DNA of 64,000 nucleotides from Eledone cirrhosa (GCA_964016885.1 OZ024744.1:74772001-74836000); one strand, 5' to 3'; numbered from the stretch's first letter, positions 28,758 through 42,965 are shown. Notes: a model not told the origin generated them from the letters alone. A program made the numbers and translations.

Positions 28758-29268
28758 GGGCGGAAGAACTCATCGGACTCAACGGCCATCCAAAAGTGTG
28801 TAAATATGTACATACACATGTACCTCGCGGTTAAACCACTGGGAGTGAAGGACCCCTAGCCTTTGTCAGGGCATTCTTCTAGGAGAAGGCAACTCAGGAA
28901 ACTGGGATAACTCCGATATAAAACCCGCGGCTCAGTAGTTAGCGATGATGTTGATCTTTTCTTCTTTTCGGGTTGTAGCTACTGTCGTTCAGAGAGTGGG
29001 ATTGGCTCAGTGCACAGTCTTTCCTCACTTTAAAAATATGCTTCCCGCGCAGGCATTGCACGATAGAATTAATTAATAATTATTAATAATGGTATATCGT
29101 GCAATGGCCATACTCGATAACGAGGGGGCAGCCATCATGTATGCATGTATGTTTGTATGTATCTGTGTATGTTTGTATGTATGTATGTATGTTCAGCGCA
29201 CCGGTAGGGGTTCTCCTACATGGATATAAAGTAGTGGCCGTACTCGAAAACGAGTTGGCAGCCACCAT
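28758..29268 (+). mobile_element. Further RTE-derived copies (28758-29140 and 29191-29268) in TATG arrays
   Basis: Shared CTAGGAGAAGG and GGCC(G/A)TACTCGA..GGCAGCCA(C/T)CATGTATG ends. Confidence 0.72.
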
Positions 29269-29289
29269 GTTTGTATGTATGTATGTATG

Positions 29290-29620
29290 TTCTTCTGGTT
29301 TTATAAATTTCAGAAATTTTTCCCAATAGAGAGAGAGTCGGTTTCTAACATAGACACAAGACTCTCTCATTGGAATTTACACATCAACTAGGTAGATATG
29401 TATGTATGCATGCATGTGTAGATATGGATGTTATTGTATGTGTGGATGTGTATGTTTTGAGTTGTATGAGTGCATGTGTATATGGTTTGTATCTGTACAT
29501 GTGTATCTGCAGTTATTAGATGCAAAATATTTGGAATGTTTTACATATTTTTACTGTTCCATTAATGGATTGAACTTGTAATTTCCTAACTAGTTGTGTT
29601 TGTAATTCCCTAACTAGTTG
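29290..29620 (-). mobile_element. R4/Dong-like 3' fragment
   Basis: QLVRKLQVQSINGTVKICKTFQIFCI* plus a 3' UTR near-identical to 40375-40692; TATG on both flanks. Confidence 0.75.
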
Positions 29621-29847
29621 TATGTATGTATGTGTGTGTGTATGTGTGTATGTATATACGTATGTATGTACGTTTGTATCTACGTATGTACGTACGTCCG
29701 TACGTATGTATATATGTAGATATGTATGTATATGAATGTGTGTGTATGTTTGTATGCATATATATAGTGAGAGATTTATATGTCTACATATAGTATATAT
29801 GTGTGTATGTGTGTGTGTGCGTGTGCATATATATATGTATATATATG

Positions 29848-29898
<51 letters not shown>

Positions 29899-29931
29899 TA
29901 CAAGTAGGCATATATATAAATCTCTCTCTCA

Positions 29932-29963
<32 letters not shown>

Positions 29964-30130
29964 GCATATATGTATATACAAACATATGTATGTATTTTTA
30001 TATACATACATACATATGCGTGCTTATTCGTATGTCACATTTTCTGATGCGAAAGTGCGTCGCTATCTCTTTAAATACAAATATGTATGTATATCTACAA
30101 AGAACGGGACGCACTGTTTGTGTACAAAAG

Positions 30131-30163
<33 letters not shown>

Positions 30164-30201
30164 AAATATGTGTGTGTGTGTGCGTGTGTGTGTGTGTGTG
30201 G

Positions 30202-30233
<32 letters not shown>

Positions 30234-31153
30234 GTGTGTGTGCGCGTGTGCGCGTGCGCGCGTTTGTGTGTGTGTGACTGTTGTGCCTATGCACGCGCGT
30301 GTATGTATTTGTATGTGTTTCTGAGACGACGTCTATGGGCATATGTTTATATATGTGTGTATGGCTATGGGGGTAAAAAGGGGTGACGCCAATCTTTTGT
30401 TTTCTTTTGTATATTTTTGTTTCATTATTTTTTTTTTATCGTTAGTATACTTTCTGGCTGATTTTATAGTTGTTGTTATTTTTCGTTTTGTTTTTGTTCT
30501 AGAGTGTATTTCTTCTATCTGTCTCTCTGTGTGCGTGTGTGTGTGTGTGTGTGTGTATGTGTGTGTGTGTGTGTGTGTGTACATCATGTCTGTACATAGT
30601 GCATTAAAGGCAAAACGAAAACAGCACAAAGAACGTAAACTTGGTATTCGTGATAGTAAGCAAACATTCCCTTAAAGAAGCATCGAACGCTACGATGCTA
30701 GTTGATCACGTATTGTCGGTTAAGGCAGCTGTTTAAAACAGTGTGTTGTGCTTGGAAGACATTTTGGTCACGTTAGACTAGCCGTTTGCATATTCAAAAC
30801 GTGAGGGCCGTCGTTTAATTCGACACAGCGGGCTTTTAACATAGCCACACGGACCCTCACCCTTACCATCACCCTCACATCCACACGTACACATATGCAT
30901 AGACATATGCAGACACGTCATATGTACACACAAACACACGCACACATACATATACAAATATATTTTTATGTGGCCGCTTATATGCTAGACAAAATGTGTG
31001 CGTATAATAAAGTAGTCTATACACAATATATATATTTTATATACATATACATACACACACACACATATATATATATGTGTGTGTGTGTGTATGTATGTGT
31101 GTGTATTTGTGTGTACTTTTGTTTATATATATATATTTGTATTCATATACACA

Positions 31154-31223
<70 letters not shown>

Positions 31224-31309
31224 CTGTTTGTGTGTGTGTATTTGGTATATATACCACATTATTATAAGCACACACGTTGGCTGACATATAAGCGGCCACA
31301 TAAACATAT

Positions 31310-34050
31310 AATCTTTGGATCTGCAACACACACGATTATACATTCTGCCTTCAGGCTTTGTAGGAAGCTCAAGATATATACACGAATTAACACAAGAATT
31401 AATGAGGTATGTTCGAAATCACGGTCGACCAGACCTATTAATCACATTTACATATAAGTGGAAAGAGATTCAAGACGAGTTGCTTCCAGGCCAGACTCAT
31501 CTTCACAGGCATGACCTCATATTTCGAGACTTTCACCTTAAAGTTAAGAAAATTACGTATTTAATCTAAAAGTTGGAAATCTTTGGTATCGTTAGCTGTC
31601 AGCATTGTAGCATTGGATGGCAAAAACGGGTATTGCTTCATGTACACATTCTAATCTGGCTTGCAACGAAAATATACCCGAACCAAATTGACTTTGTAAT
31701 ATCAGCAGAACTTCCTGAAACTAATATAAATAGTGGACATTTTGAAATCGTCAAATCCCATATGGTTCATGGTCCTTGTGACGCTCTTAATTCGACTTCC
31801 ATGAAATGTCAAAACCGTAAATGTGAAGAAAACATCCTAAACCATCCATACAGGAACATAGACTTCTAATGGCGGTTACCGTCGATGAAGCCCAGATGCA
31901 AGAGGTGTCAAAGCCAATATTGGACGATATGAGATTGACAACCGATGGACCGAGCCTACTTGCCCACTCTTTAACAAAGCTTTCGACTCTCATATTAATA
32001 TGGAATATTGCCACTCAGTCAAAGCTATAAAGTATGTGTGCAATACGTCAACAAGGGTTCCGATGCTGCCATGTTTGCGCTACAACAACGAAATATGTCC
32101 GACGAGGTGTCCAACTTCAAACAAGGCTGATATATCAGCAGTAACGAAGCATTGTGAGGCATTTTCTCTACTATACGGACAAATACCATCCTTCTACACC
32201 TTTGATAAACAGAGAGGAAAATGGAAAAGGAAGACCAGTAGAAAATCCATCCTAAAATTCGTAAAGCAGCAACATTAGGTAGAATTTATACAATACATCC
32301 AGGGCAGCACGAATGTTTTCACTTGAGGAGGATGCTTAATGAAGTTAAAGGCCCTGAAGGCTTTGATGAACTTCTTAAAGTAAATGGCGCTCTTTGTAAC
32401 ACCTGAGGCCTGCATTCGGAGAGGTCTGTTGCAAGACGACAATCAATGGGACGCAACACTTGCAGAGGTGTCTCTATCTCGGACAACCAAAAGTATTTGG
32501 AATTTGTTCGCAGTTATATTAAAAAATTGTAACATAGCCAATCTATTGGCACTTTGGTCGACATGTCCGAAGACATCAAACACTAAGCGCAATTGAGAAA
32601 CCCTGGCATAGACATAACCTTTTGAGACGAACATTATAACACAAGTTTGATTGAGATTGAAGACAAGCTGGTGGAAATAGATGGACCTGCCCTGCTTTTA
32701 TTAGGAAATCGTTTCCTATGTTAACGAAAATGAGCCCAAACTACTAGATAATCAAAGATCAGTATATAACGTTATACTCGAGTCAAGTACATTACAGAAT
32801 GGTGGCCTATTTTTTTTATTGATACTCCGGGTGGAACTGGTAGAACCTTCTTGATAAACCTATTGTTGTCTAAAATTCGAGAAGATCAGAAAATATCTTT
32901 AGCGGCTGTTTCTTCTGGAATTACAGCTACACCTTTACCTGGTGGCCAGACAGCTCATTCTGCTTTCAATTTGGACTTGTACCTCAGTTTGAATGAAATG
33001 TCCGTGTGTCATAAATGACTCAGGAGCTCCCCCAAGTGTAGCAAAGATGTATGGCAATTTTTGTGGATAAATACACAATGGCACATTAGCACGGTTAGGA
33101 GGCCTTGGGAGGAACACTGAAAGATCACCGAAACAGCACAACAATCACGGGAGGAATTACTGCCGTTTCATGAGGGGACTTCCGACAATCTTCACCTGTG
33201 ATATTAAAGAAGACTCGTGCCAAACAAGTTCGAGTTTGCCTAAAATTGTCAACTTTATGGCCCCGTATTACCAAACTCAGTTTAAGAGCCAATATGTGAG
33301 CACAACTTCAGGGTAACAGCGTTTTTGCAGAGTTTGCTTAAAGCTTCTGAAAATTGGTGGCAGAAAAATATCCCTTGATACTGATGGATGTTTTGATCCT
33401 TCTTCATTTGTACTGTTGTGGAAAGCGCTGATAGGTTAATTTTAAAAGTTTTCCCCAATTTTGAAATTCCCCATTTAAATGCGGAGTGGCTGTGTGAAAA
33501 AGCTATTGTTACCCCCCCAAAAACATCACAGTGAAGGCCATCAACAAAAATAACTCACAAATGATCCCTGGAGGCAGTCAGACCTACAAATCTATCGAAG
33601 TAGTTGACGAGGACGAAGCTTTTCGTTATCTTGTATTTCTCAGTCTGAAACCGCCAGGTATGACGCCACACAACCTTTAATTGATGGGTTCAGTCAATAT
33701 GCTTCTCAGAAAACTGGATCAGTCAAGATTATGCAATGGCACGCGTATGTTTGTGACTGAACTACAGCCCCACATTATCATAGCCAAAATCCTTACTGGG
33801 TGTTTTATACCTAAAATACCGCTAATACCAACAGATGTCCCCTTTCGTTTAAAACCATTGCAATTCCCAGTGAGTGCCAGTTACACAATGACCATTAACA
33901 AGTCCCTAGGTTAAACACTGCAGATTGTCGGTCTCCATCTAGAAAAGGGCTGTTTCTTACATGGCCAATTGTATGTACATTGATCCAGAGTAGAAAGCCG
34001 CCACAAACATATATGCTCCAAGAAAAATAGTTAACATTGTATATACTGAA
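31310..34050 (+). mobile_element. Degenerate Helitron Rep-Helicase (pseudogene)
   Basis: ILPSGFVGSSRY..GRPDLLITFT, WQKRVLLHVHILIW (HUH), HMVHGPC, SVKAIKYVC, DTPGGTGRTF (Walker A), LPGGQTAHSAF, LCNGTR, QFPV..MTINKS, HGQLYV; many stops and frameshifts. Confidence 0.92.
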
Positions 34051-34649
34051 GTTCTGTAAATATTTTATTATTCTCGCAGAATACATTTTTCCTATTTTCT
34101 TTATTACTTCTTGTATTAAGATATTCTAAATACATTTTTAAATGAAATTTGTTTGTTTGTTCATTTGTTTCTTGCCCGCTAATTACACTATATCTTCAAC
34201 AAAATTAGCAAAGGAAATTGAGCATGTGTACGTTAAAAGTAATTTTCAGGGAAATTCAGCATGAGTAATTTTAAATGTAATTCTAAGGGAGATTCAGCAA
34301 GACACTGTGTTTGACATGGCTGAATATTTCACACAAAGACATGAGGACACGAATGAACACAACATACCTGTCGTACCAAACATACCCCCCCCCTTAGTGA
34401 AGGAAGCAGTCAATAACAACATATAGAGAAGTCTATATAGCCTAAATTAGTAGGAAAGGGACTTCGTATATACTCATGGTTAACAACCTTTTGACATTTA
34501 TCAAGAGAACGTAGAGTGTTTACATACTTAATTATCTACATATCTATATAATATATATACACATATACATGAATATATATTATATACATACATAGTTATT
34601 ATTTACATATATGTAATATATAGACACATGTATACATTATCTATATAAT

Positions 34650-35266
34650 ATTTGCAAACGTCTGTGTATTTTTATGTCTATTCCACAATGCATAATCGTT
34701 TTGAAGAACATTTTCCATCCTCTTTTTCTTCCTTCTTTTCTCTCTCCCACCTCTCTCGTGAAAAATTACCCTTTGTAATACCAAAACAAATGTACGCCAA
34801 TTTCCATGACAGTTCATATTTTTCGGGAATGATCATCTGTTTTCCAAAAGAGTTTAGAATCCTCCTAAAAGATATAGAATCACAATATTGTAAGAACAAA
34901 GTATCAGGTAAATTATTCATGTAAATTTCACTCATTTCGCATTTAATCTACATTTTAGCTTTTAAAAGAAATGCCAAGGAGAAAAGGTTCTGACACCCCA
35001 CAAGCTCTTTAGACTTTGCCACCTTATATAATACTCCAGGGTGGGTAGTTTACAAAGCTTATTTGTGTATCCTCCAAACTAGAAAACAAATGTTTACCCA
35101 GAAGTTCTTAATTTCCTTCAAAATATGTGTGATAGAATTTATGTCCCCATAAAATTGATACATTTTGTATTTTCATTTTTTAAATTATTGTTGTATCATA
35201 ATTTCAGAATTGTCTGGGAATTGAATTTGTAACATCTCAATTTTTAATCCAATTCTTTAAGCCATG

Positions 35267-35316
<50 letters not shown>

Positions 35317-35347
35317 ACCCATCTGGGCAGGTTGAAAAGTTATCTAG
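34650..35347 (+). mobile_element. Probable second, highly decayed Helitron 3' fragment
   Basis: Weak helicase C-terminal similarity; ends with a CCCA..TGGG hairpin and CTAG near 35344. Confidence 0.4.
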
Positions 35348-35765
35348 TAATTAACAGTTCGATTCTTGGACTAAGTTGTGTTCTTGAGAAAAACAGCTCC
35401 TTTCACATTGCTCCAGTATACACATGTGAAAATGAGTACCAGCGATAGCAGGAAATAGGGTGGGGCTTAACCTTTCAATGTACTGGCGTCATATCCAGTG
35501 TATTGTACTCTCAGCCACATAACAGAAACTGGGATAAGCACCGGATACTTGATAAACCTCCAAGATGAGAGAGACTTTACACTTTTTTTTTTCAAAGGGA
35601 ACAATCATTTTACTTCGTAGAATGTATTCCGTGAGCGGGTGCTTATTTTCTAATCCAATGAACAGAGTAATGTATTGGATACGTCAGTCAGTCAAGTTCA
35701 AAATGGCAAACAAACGCAGGAGTAGCGTTATTAGCTTCACGCTTGGTGAGAGTGGAGGGGAGTTG

Positions 35766-35803
35766 TTTACGACGTTACGGACATAAGTCCTTCATCAGGA
35801 AAG
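35766..35803 (-). ncRNA. Degenerate minimal hammerhead (GAAA mutated to GUAA)
   Basis: UUUC-CUGAUGA-A GGAC UUAU GUCC-GUAA-CGUC-GUAAA. Confidence 0.55.
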
Positions 35804-37490
35804 TGTGTGTGTGTGTGGGGGGGGGGGTTTACTCCGATAGGGATTGAAGGAGTTAGCGGGAAAAACATGCTCAGGAAGCTGTGACGATTGAATAAGTTTT
35901 AATATTTAAACATTAGGTGATATATAAAGGAAAGCTGAACTGTTTATCAATATTTAGAGAACGCGAGCTTTGGTTCTAGAGCAATAGATTAGGTTAATTT
36001 AGTCCCACTTCAAACTATGAAAGTTTAATACTTACCAATATTACTGGCTTCTAAATCTAAATTGAGGAGGCTCTGCAAAAACTAGACCTGCGACGAGACA
36101 CTTTCAAATTATTGTGTCATCTAACCTTTTTAGGAATCACTCCACATACTTTTTTTAGTGCCTACAGTTACCTTACAGTGCCTAGAAAAAGGTTGAAGTC
36201 AGGATTGACAAATTTCTAATATAACTGGTTCACTATTCATTTTGACACCTTCTTGCTGAAAATATAACATTTAGCATATAAAGATATGGATAAAGATAAA
36301 TATTCAGAATATTATGATAAAATAATTGACATTTTAAAATAACAACATACTTGATTCGTCGTCGGAACGATATGGATAATGGAAGTGACAGGTTATGTCG
36401 TTCAATAATTGTGAAATAGATATTTAACTTTCAGTATATATAGTGATATGAAGTCTCCTCGTGCAACTAGGTAGTGTGTTTCATTTTAACATAGTCTTTT
36501 ATCGTGTTTGAATGTTTTGTTTATTCGGTGTTCATCTCTAAAATATAAAATGGATTAACTTAACTAGGAAGTTTTAATACGCACACATGATATATATATA
36601 TATATATATATATCATGTGTGCGTATGAAAACCACCTAGGAGTGGAATTATCTAGGATATGAAGTATAAAAATATTGACTCTGTTTATACTGTAGTGTGT
36701 GTTGCTATTTAGACTCAGTACAATAAAGATCTTAGAAGGGAATGATAACCCAATTGCGACCAAGACCATATTTCTTCGACAAATACAGTCTAGGATCACA
36801 AACATTCACCTTAAGCTGTGTGATTTGAAGGACATTTGGCTGTTAATTCAAGAACTTCGAGAAACCACGTAGATGTTCTCAGGTCAATGTATGTCTGCCC
36901 CTCCCTTCCTAACATCTGTACACACCAGAAAGAAACAAAGAAATACCACCCAGAGTATCTATAGAATGTAGGGATATTTTATTTTGTTATGTTATATATA
37001 AACATATGTCAACTATATTTTACAAACAGAAGTTATACAATGATGGAGATTTTTAAGATAAAAACAAAAAGTAATGAAAAAATGGTGGGAAAGAAGGTAG
37101 ATCTGGTTGTAGAGGAAAGGACTATAAAAGTCATAAATGAGAAGGAAAGGAGGGAAAGAGCAAGGACTACAAGACAAAGTAAAAAAGAGAAGAGGAGAGG
37201 ATGATACCCTATGTCTAAGTCGGGGTAGTATATCGCGGCACTTCGCTGCACTTCGCTGCACTTCGCTGCACTTCGCTGAGAAAATTGCAAAGGCATTTAC
37301 GAGGACAAGGGCCAGCAACACCCACTGCAACAGCCACCCCACCTCGCAGGGCTCCTTCCTCTAACAGATTGCTGATGTTCCAATTTTACGTAGGACCTTG
37401 GCTGTAGGGGGTCCAAGGACGGCTGAGCTGTTTACAGTGACCGCTGCAAAGAGGAAGTGGCCGGTCAAGTCCCGTTATTTGCTTGTGTGT

Positions 37491-37526
<36 letters not shown>

Positions 37527-37529
<3 letters not shown>

Positions 37530-38122
37530 TGGTAACATGTAAGCCGGTTGATCCTGTCGCATGGTCGGGTCGTCGATGATTAAAACGGCAATCCCATCAA
37601 GTTTACTTGGTGAGGAGAGTCATTTTGGACACTCTGCAGGACAACAAAGACAAGACCTCACAAAGGGCAGAAGAACTCATAAGAATCAACGGCTATCTCA
37701 AAATATGTATGTACATGTATATATATGTATGTATATATGTATATATGTGTATGCATATGTATATATATATGCGCAGGGACAGAAATAATTGGTCTGGATA
37801 CGCGATCGCGCGGTTAAATCACTGGGAGTGAAGAACCCATAGCTCCTGTCAAGGCATTCTTCTAGGAGAAGGCAACTCAGGAAACTGGGATAACTCCGAA
37901 ATAAAACCTGCGGCTCAGTAGTTACCGATGATGTTGATCTTTTCTTCTTTTCGAGTTATAGCTACTGTCGCTCAGAGAGTGGGATTGGCTCAGTGCACAG
38001 TCTTTCCTTACTTTAAAAAAGAATCTTCATGCCCAGGCATTGCACGATAACATTAATTGATAATTATTAATAAAGGTATATCGTGCGATGGCCATACTCG
38101 ATAACGAGGGGCCAGCCATCAT
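37527..38122 (+). mobile_element. RTE-derived non-autonomous element
   Basis: Colinear with 28077-28300 and 28758-29140. Confidence 0.75.
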
Positions 38123-38575
38123 GTATATATATATATACACATCCTTATAGAACCAAAACTGGATTTTGGTCTTTTTATTTATTATTGCTATATATACACA
38201 GGAGGACAATTTGATACCTTACATTTTAAGGTATCAAATACATTACTCTATTAATTCGATTAGACCCATTCACTGAATACATTCTACGAAGTGAAATGGG
38301 GTGTTTTGCTCAACAACATAACACACAACCACAACCCAGTCCAAGAATCAAACCCATACAATTATATAAGCCCAACATCTTTATATATATATACATATAT
38401 ATACATATGTATATATATATATATACATATGTATATATGTAATAACTAGAAATTGATTAACATATATATAATCACAAGAGATAATTTTTACAAGTGTGTA
38501 ACCACACATAGCTAGGTAGGTAACTAAATAAAGTTGACTAGAACTTCAAAAATAGATACCTTATAATATGATTAA

Positions 38576-38665
38576 TCTTCCCTGTATATATTCCATTAAA
38601 GAAATATATTTCACCAATTAATCGGAAACCTCGGAAGCGGTGACTTGGATTTTCAACAAGGAAAA
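38576..38665 (-). ncRNA. Type I hammerhead with UUGAAAA (U3-A8) core
   Basis: UUUUCCUUG-UUGAAAA-U CCA..UGG U-GAA-AUAUAUUUC UUUAAU GGAAUAUAU-A-CAGGGAAGA. AUA triplet. Confidence 0.78.
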
Positions 38666-39137
38666 AGTACCAGCAATCCGTGCTTACACTTCAAGTTCAA
38701 ACTGCGACTGGCCATCACCACGTGTAGTATTTACTAGAAATACACACATCATAGTAGCTTCGTCCCAGTGGCGTGAATAGGGTTATCGACAACTAGAAAC
38801 AACAGTCGAGTCCTTTCAACAGAGTTAGCTCTACAATTAAGGAGCCGTATTTATATATCTATATCCAAAATTAAGATAAATTAAATAAATTTAATCTAAA
38901 TCAAAATTATGGGTGTCATGCCAGAAAGACATGCGCCATATCACCCGGAAAATAAGCTCTTAGATTCTAACGAGTAGGTCCGAGCATTTTATAATAACTA
39001 GAAATTGATTAACATATATATAAACATGAATAATCACAGGAGATAATGTTTACAAGTGTGTAACCGCACATAGCTAGGTAGGTAACTAAATAAAGTTGAT
39101 TAGAACTTCAAAAATAGATACCTTATAATATGATTAA

Positions 39138-39232
39138 TCTTCCCTGTATATATTCCATTAAAGAAATATATTTCACCAATTAATCGGATGGTAAACCACG
39201 GAAGCGGGGACATGGATTTTCAACAAGGAAGA
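39138..39232 (-). ncRNA. Type I hammerhead with UUGAAAA (U3-A8) core, second monomer
   Basis: Stem I UCUUCCUUG/CAGGGAAGA; same core and stem III as 38576-38665. Confidence 0.8.
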
Positions 39233-39560
39233 AGTTCCAGCAATCCGTGCTTACACTTCAAGTTCAAATCTGCGACTGGCCATCACCACGTGTAGTATTT
39301 ACTAGAAATACACACATCATAGTAGCTTCGTCCCAGTGGCGTGAATAGGGTTATCGACAACTAGAAACAACAGTCGATTCCTTTAATCTAAATCCTTGAT
39401 TTAGATTAAATTCATTTAATTTATCTTAATTTTGGATATAGATATATATGTATATGTATATATATATACATATATATATGTATATATATGCATATATATA
39501 TATACATGTGTATATATATACATATGTATATATATATATATATACATACATATGTACATA

Positions 39561-39677
<117 letters not shown>

Positions 39678-40069
39678 GCATATATATATATATGCATATA
39701 TATATACATATATATATATATATGTATATATATATGTATGTATGTATATATTTCTTCGACAAATACAGTCTAGGATCACAAACATTCACCTTAAGCTGTG
39801 TGATTTGAAAGAGATTTGGCCCGATCGTTGGTGATGCTTATGGTGATGGCGGCGGTGGATGGTGATGGTGGTGGCAGTTGATTTTGTTGTGTTGTGTGTG
39901 TGTGTTTTATTTTTTATTTATTTATTTTTTTTATCGTTTGATGCCGCCGTTGTTGTAAATGTTGTTCATTTCATTTCATTCTGAAGCTGTTATTGCATAC
40001 ATGCATGCATACCTACATACATGCATACATACATACATACATACATACATACATACATACATACATACA

Positions 40070-40103
<34 letters not shown>

Positions 40104-40204
40104 CATAATACATACATACATATATACATACATACATACATACATACATACATACATACATACATACATACATACATACATACATACATACATACATACA
40201 TACA

Positions 40205-40695
40205 TAAGATTAACGAAAAGGAGAATATTTATGCAGAACTAATGAGAAATCTGCTGATACTCCACCCGGATTACACCTTCAGATTTATGCCTGTGATTAT
40301 TGGGGCACTGGAGTATGTTAGTAACTGCCTCAATACAAATCTTGAGAAACTAGGCTTCACAGGAACAGAAAGAACACAACTAGTTAGGAAATTACAAGTA
40401 CAATCCATTAACGGAACAGTAAAAATATGTAAAACATTCCAAATATTTTGCATATAATAACTGCATATACACATGTACAGATACAAAGCGTATACACATG
40501 CACACATATAACTAAAAATATACACATGCACACATACAATAACTCCAATTCTACACATGCATGCATGCAGACATGCATACATATCTACCTAGTTGTTGTG
40601 TAAATTCCAATGAGAGAGTATTGTGTGTATGTTAGAAACCGACTCTCTCTCTCTCTATTGGCAAAATTTTGTGAAATTATAAAACCAGAAGAATA
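40205..40695 (+). mobile_element. R4/Dong-like 3' fragment in (CATA)n
   Basis: KINEKENIYAELMRNL..FMPVIIGALEYV..LEKLGF..INGTVKICKTF; CATA repeats on both sides. Confidence 0.78.
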
Positions 40696-41323
40696 TACAT
40701 ACATACTTACATGTTAGTTTTGAGGAATTTCTAATGTTATTATTTGAACACATTTCACGTTCCTGCTAAAACGGTTAAGCACTAGAGGAAAAACCTGGCA
40801 CATTTACTAACATATTTTTGTATTATTCATTTAGATATCCACAGTTTCAATGTTCCTTTCGCATAGTATTGTTCTAAGATCACGTACATCTTATCTGTTA
40901 GGTTCTACATTTTGATAAATTGTTCTGAGATAATAAGCGTTAAACCTCACTTTGAGGAAGCTTATTCATTTTAAAATAAATATTATTTACGTGATGGATT
41001 CAATTGGTTATTAATATACAGCCTGCCCGTCATACCATATATATTCAATAATTGTTGAGTCAATCGGATTGATAATTCGAAGTCATGTAATTCTGTTACT
41101 CTTTATACAACCAACTGCAATTATCACCTAAAGGTATATAGCGTCCTGGTAAGCACATGGTGAGTGATGCATGATTCCTAGTTAAAAATAATTACTCCAA
41201 TCTATTGGGAAAACCATTTACCCCATGACACATATATCACCAATGTCATTGCTAATTTATTGAAATAGAAACATCAAGCGTACGAAAGGATTTATATACA
41301 CAATTTCTTTCTTTCTTTTCGCT

Positions 41324-41341
41324 CTTCTTCTTCTTCTTCTT

Positions 41342-41372
<31 letters not shown>

Positions 41373-41692
41373 GCGGCTCTCCCTGGAGTGACTGTCTGAT
41401 ATCCGAACTACGTACCCTATGGAGTAACCCTATTCCGAATTCCTTCAGAGGAACCTGATTTGAGCTCCTCGTATTCTTTCGTTAAACGCGGAAAATTTAT
41501 GATCATTCTAACCACATGTCCGTAGTATCGGAGCTGTGATCTCTCAATTCAGAGAAGTAGCGGCTGTACCTGGAGCGTGTATCTTATTTCCGAGCTACGC
41601 ACTCTATCTAATAACGTTACTCCGAGGACCCTTCGGAGGAACCCCATTTTGGCCGCTTGTATTCGCGATCGTATTCTTTCGGTCATTACCCT
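41324..41692 (-). mobile_element. RTE LINE 3' fragment with (GAA)n tail
   Basis: VMTERIRSRIQAAKMGFLRRVLGVTLLDRVRSSEIR..IERSQLRYYGHVVRM. Confidence 0.85.
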
Positions 41693-42719
41693 TATCAATC
41701 TATTTGCTAGTTTATATTCGACAATATTTACAGAAATATCTTTATCCCCGTTTAGAAACAGCGCAATTAATTATTTTGATATTCCAGGTAATTATTAAGA
41801 TAGATTTTATTTAAATTATTTCTGCTTTGAATACTGCGTCAAAGTCATTAAGACACTTTTTAAAATTTATTTTAATTGTTTTGTTTTATTTTACTATGGA
41901 CAGTTGACCTTCCGTATTTTGAACTGAAAAAATTAAATTTCGGAGGCAAATCTTATTTCACATTTAAAAAATATCAGGTGTACTCGAAAAAATATAGTTA
42001 TGCATAATCTTTTTATGATGAGGAAATACAATATTACACTGATAATTAATTCATTAATAAAACAGTAGAAGTTTACAAAAACAATTTTATTGGTGTTTAT
42101 TAAGCACATGACTGAAAATTATTTCAGTAATATTTCTGGCTGGCAATCGGGAAGCTCTTGTTTCAAATATTAGCAAGCACCATCCTTAGAATTAATTATC
42201 CTTGACTAAAGAATGATGTTGAATTTATTGTTTTCAACTTCACTCAACCATTCTTGGGTTAATCTACGTGAAGTAACTGTAACATCTCGAAGCTGACAGA
42301 AAAGAGCAAAGCCATTATCTAATCAGTATTTCTATTCCAATCTCATAATACAGCAATATAGGAGTCTTCCTTAAGTAGTTTATTTGATGCTACTCAAACA
42401 GAAAGAAATACCTCTACAGTTACGTTTCTTTATTCTTTTCTGTAGATGCATACATTTTCCACGCTACTATGAATGTATTAATTTTATACTATCCTATCAC
42501 AACTTGTGTACCCAAGCCAAATAGAAAACCTTCACATGATCACTCGAGTTGATACATATAACAGCCAAATTTCGGTTATGTTACATCATATCAAATTAAA
42601 ATTAAACATGAAAGGACACATTGGATTGACGTAGTAGATGTATGTATAGTCTCGTAATTTCTGATAAAGTCGTTGGGGCGTCGTATTGACTTACGGCGTT
42701 TCTTGGGCATTTTAAGCCA

Positions 42720-42965
42720 GGCGGTGCTCATCCGTCTTCAGGCCTAAGTACAGCAGAGGAAGATAGAAAGTGAGAGAGGGTGAAATGAAAAACAGATATA
42801 AAGGAAGAATCCGCCCCAGTATTAGAGTGGCATTTTTTATCGACCTCGATAGGATGAAAGGCAAAGTTGACCTCGGTGGTATTTGAACTCAGAAAGTAGA
42901 GAACCGGAACTAATACCATAAAACATTCTATCCGACGTTCTAACGACTCTGCCAATTCGCCGTCT
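42720..42965 (-). mobile_element. tRNA-derived SINE
   Basis: Reverse complement GGCGAATTGGCAGAGTCG..CTGAGTTCAAATACCACCGAGGTCAACTTTGCCTTTCATCC. Confidence 0.75.

Larger units (their letters stand above)
38441..39445 (-). mobile_element. Non-coding hammerhead element: ~555-bp tandem plus inverted 5' segment
   Basis: 38441 is repeated at 38993. About 39397-39445 is the reverse complement of about 38853-38904. Homologous to 21187-22420 and TA-flanked. Confidence 0.8.
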
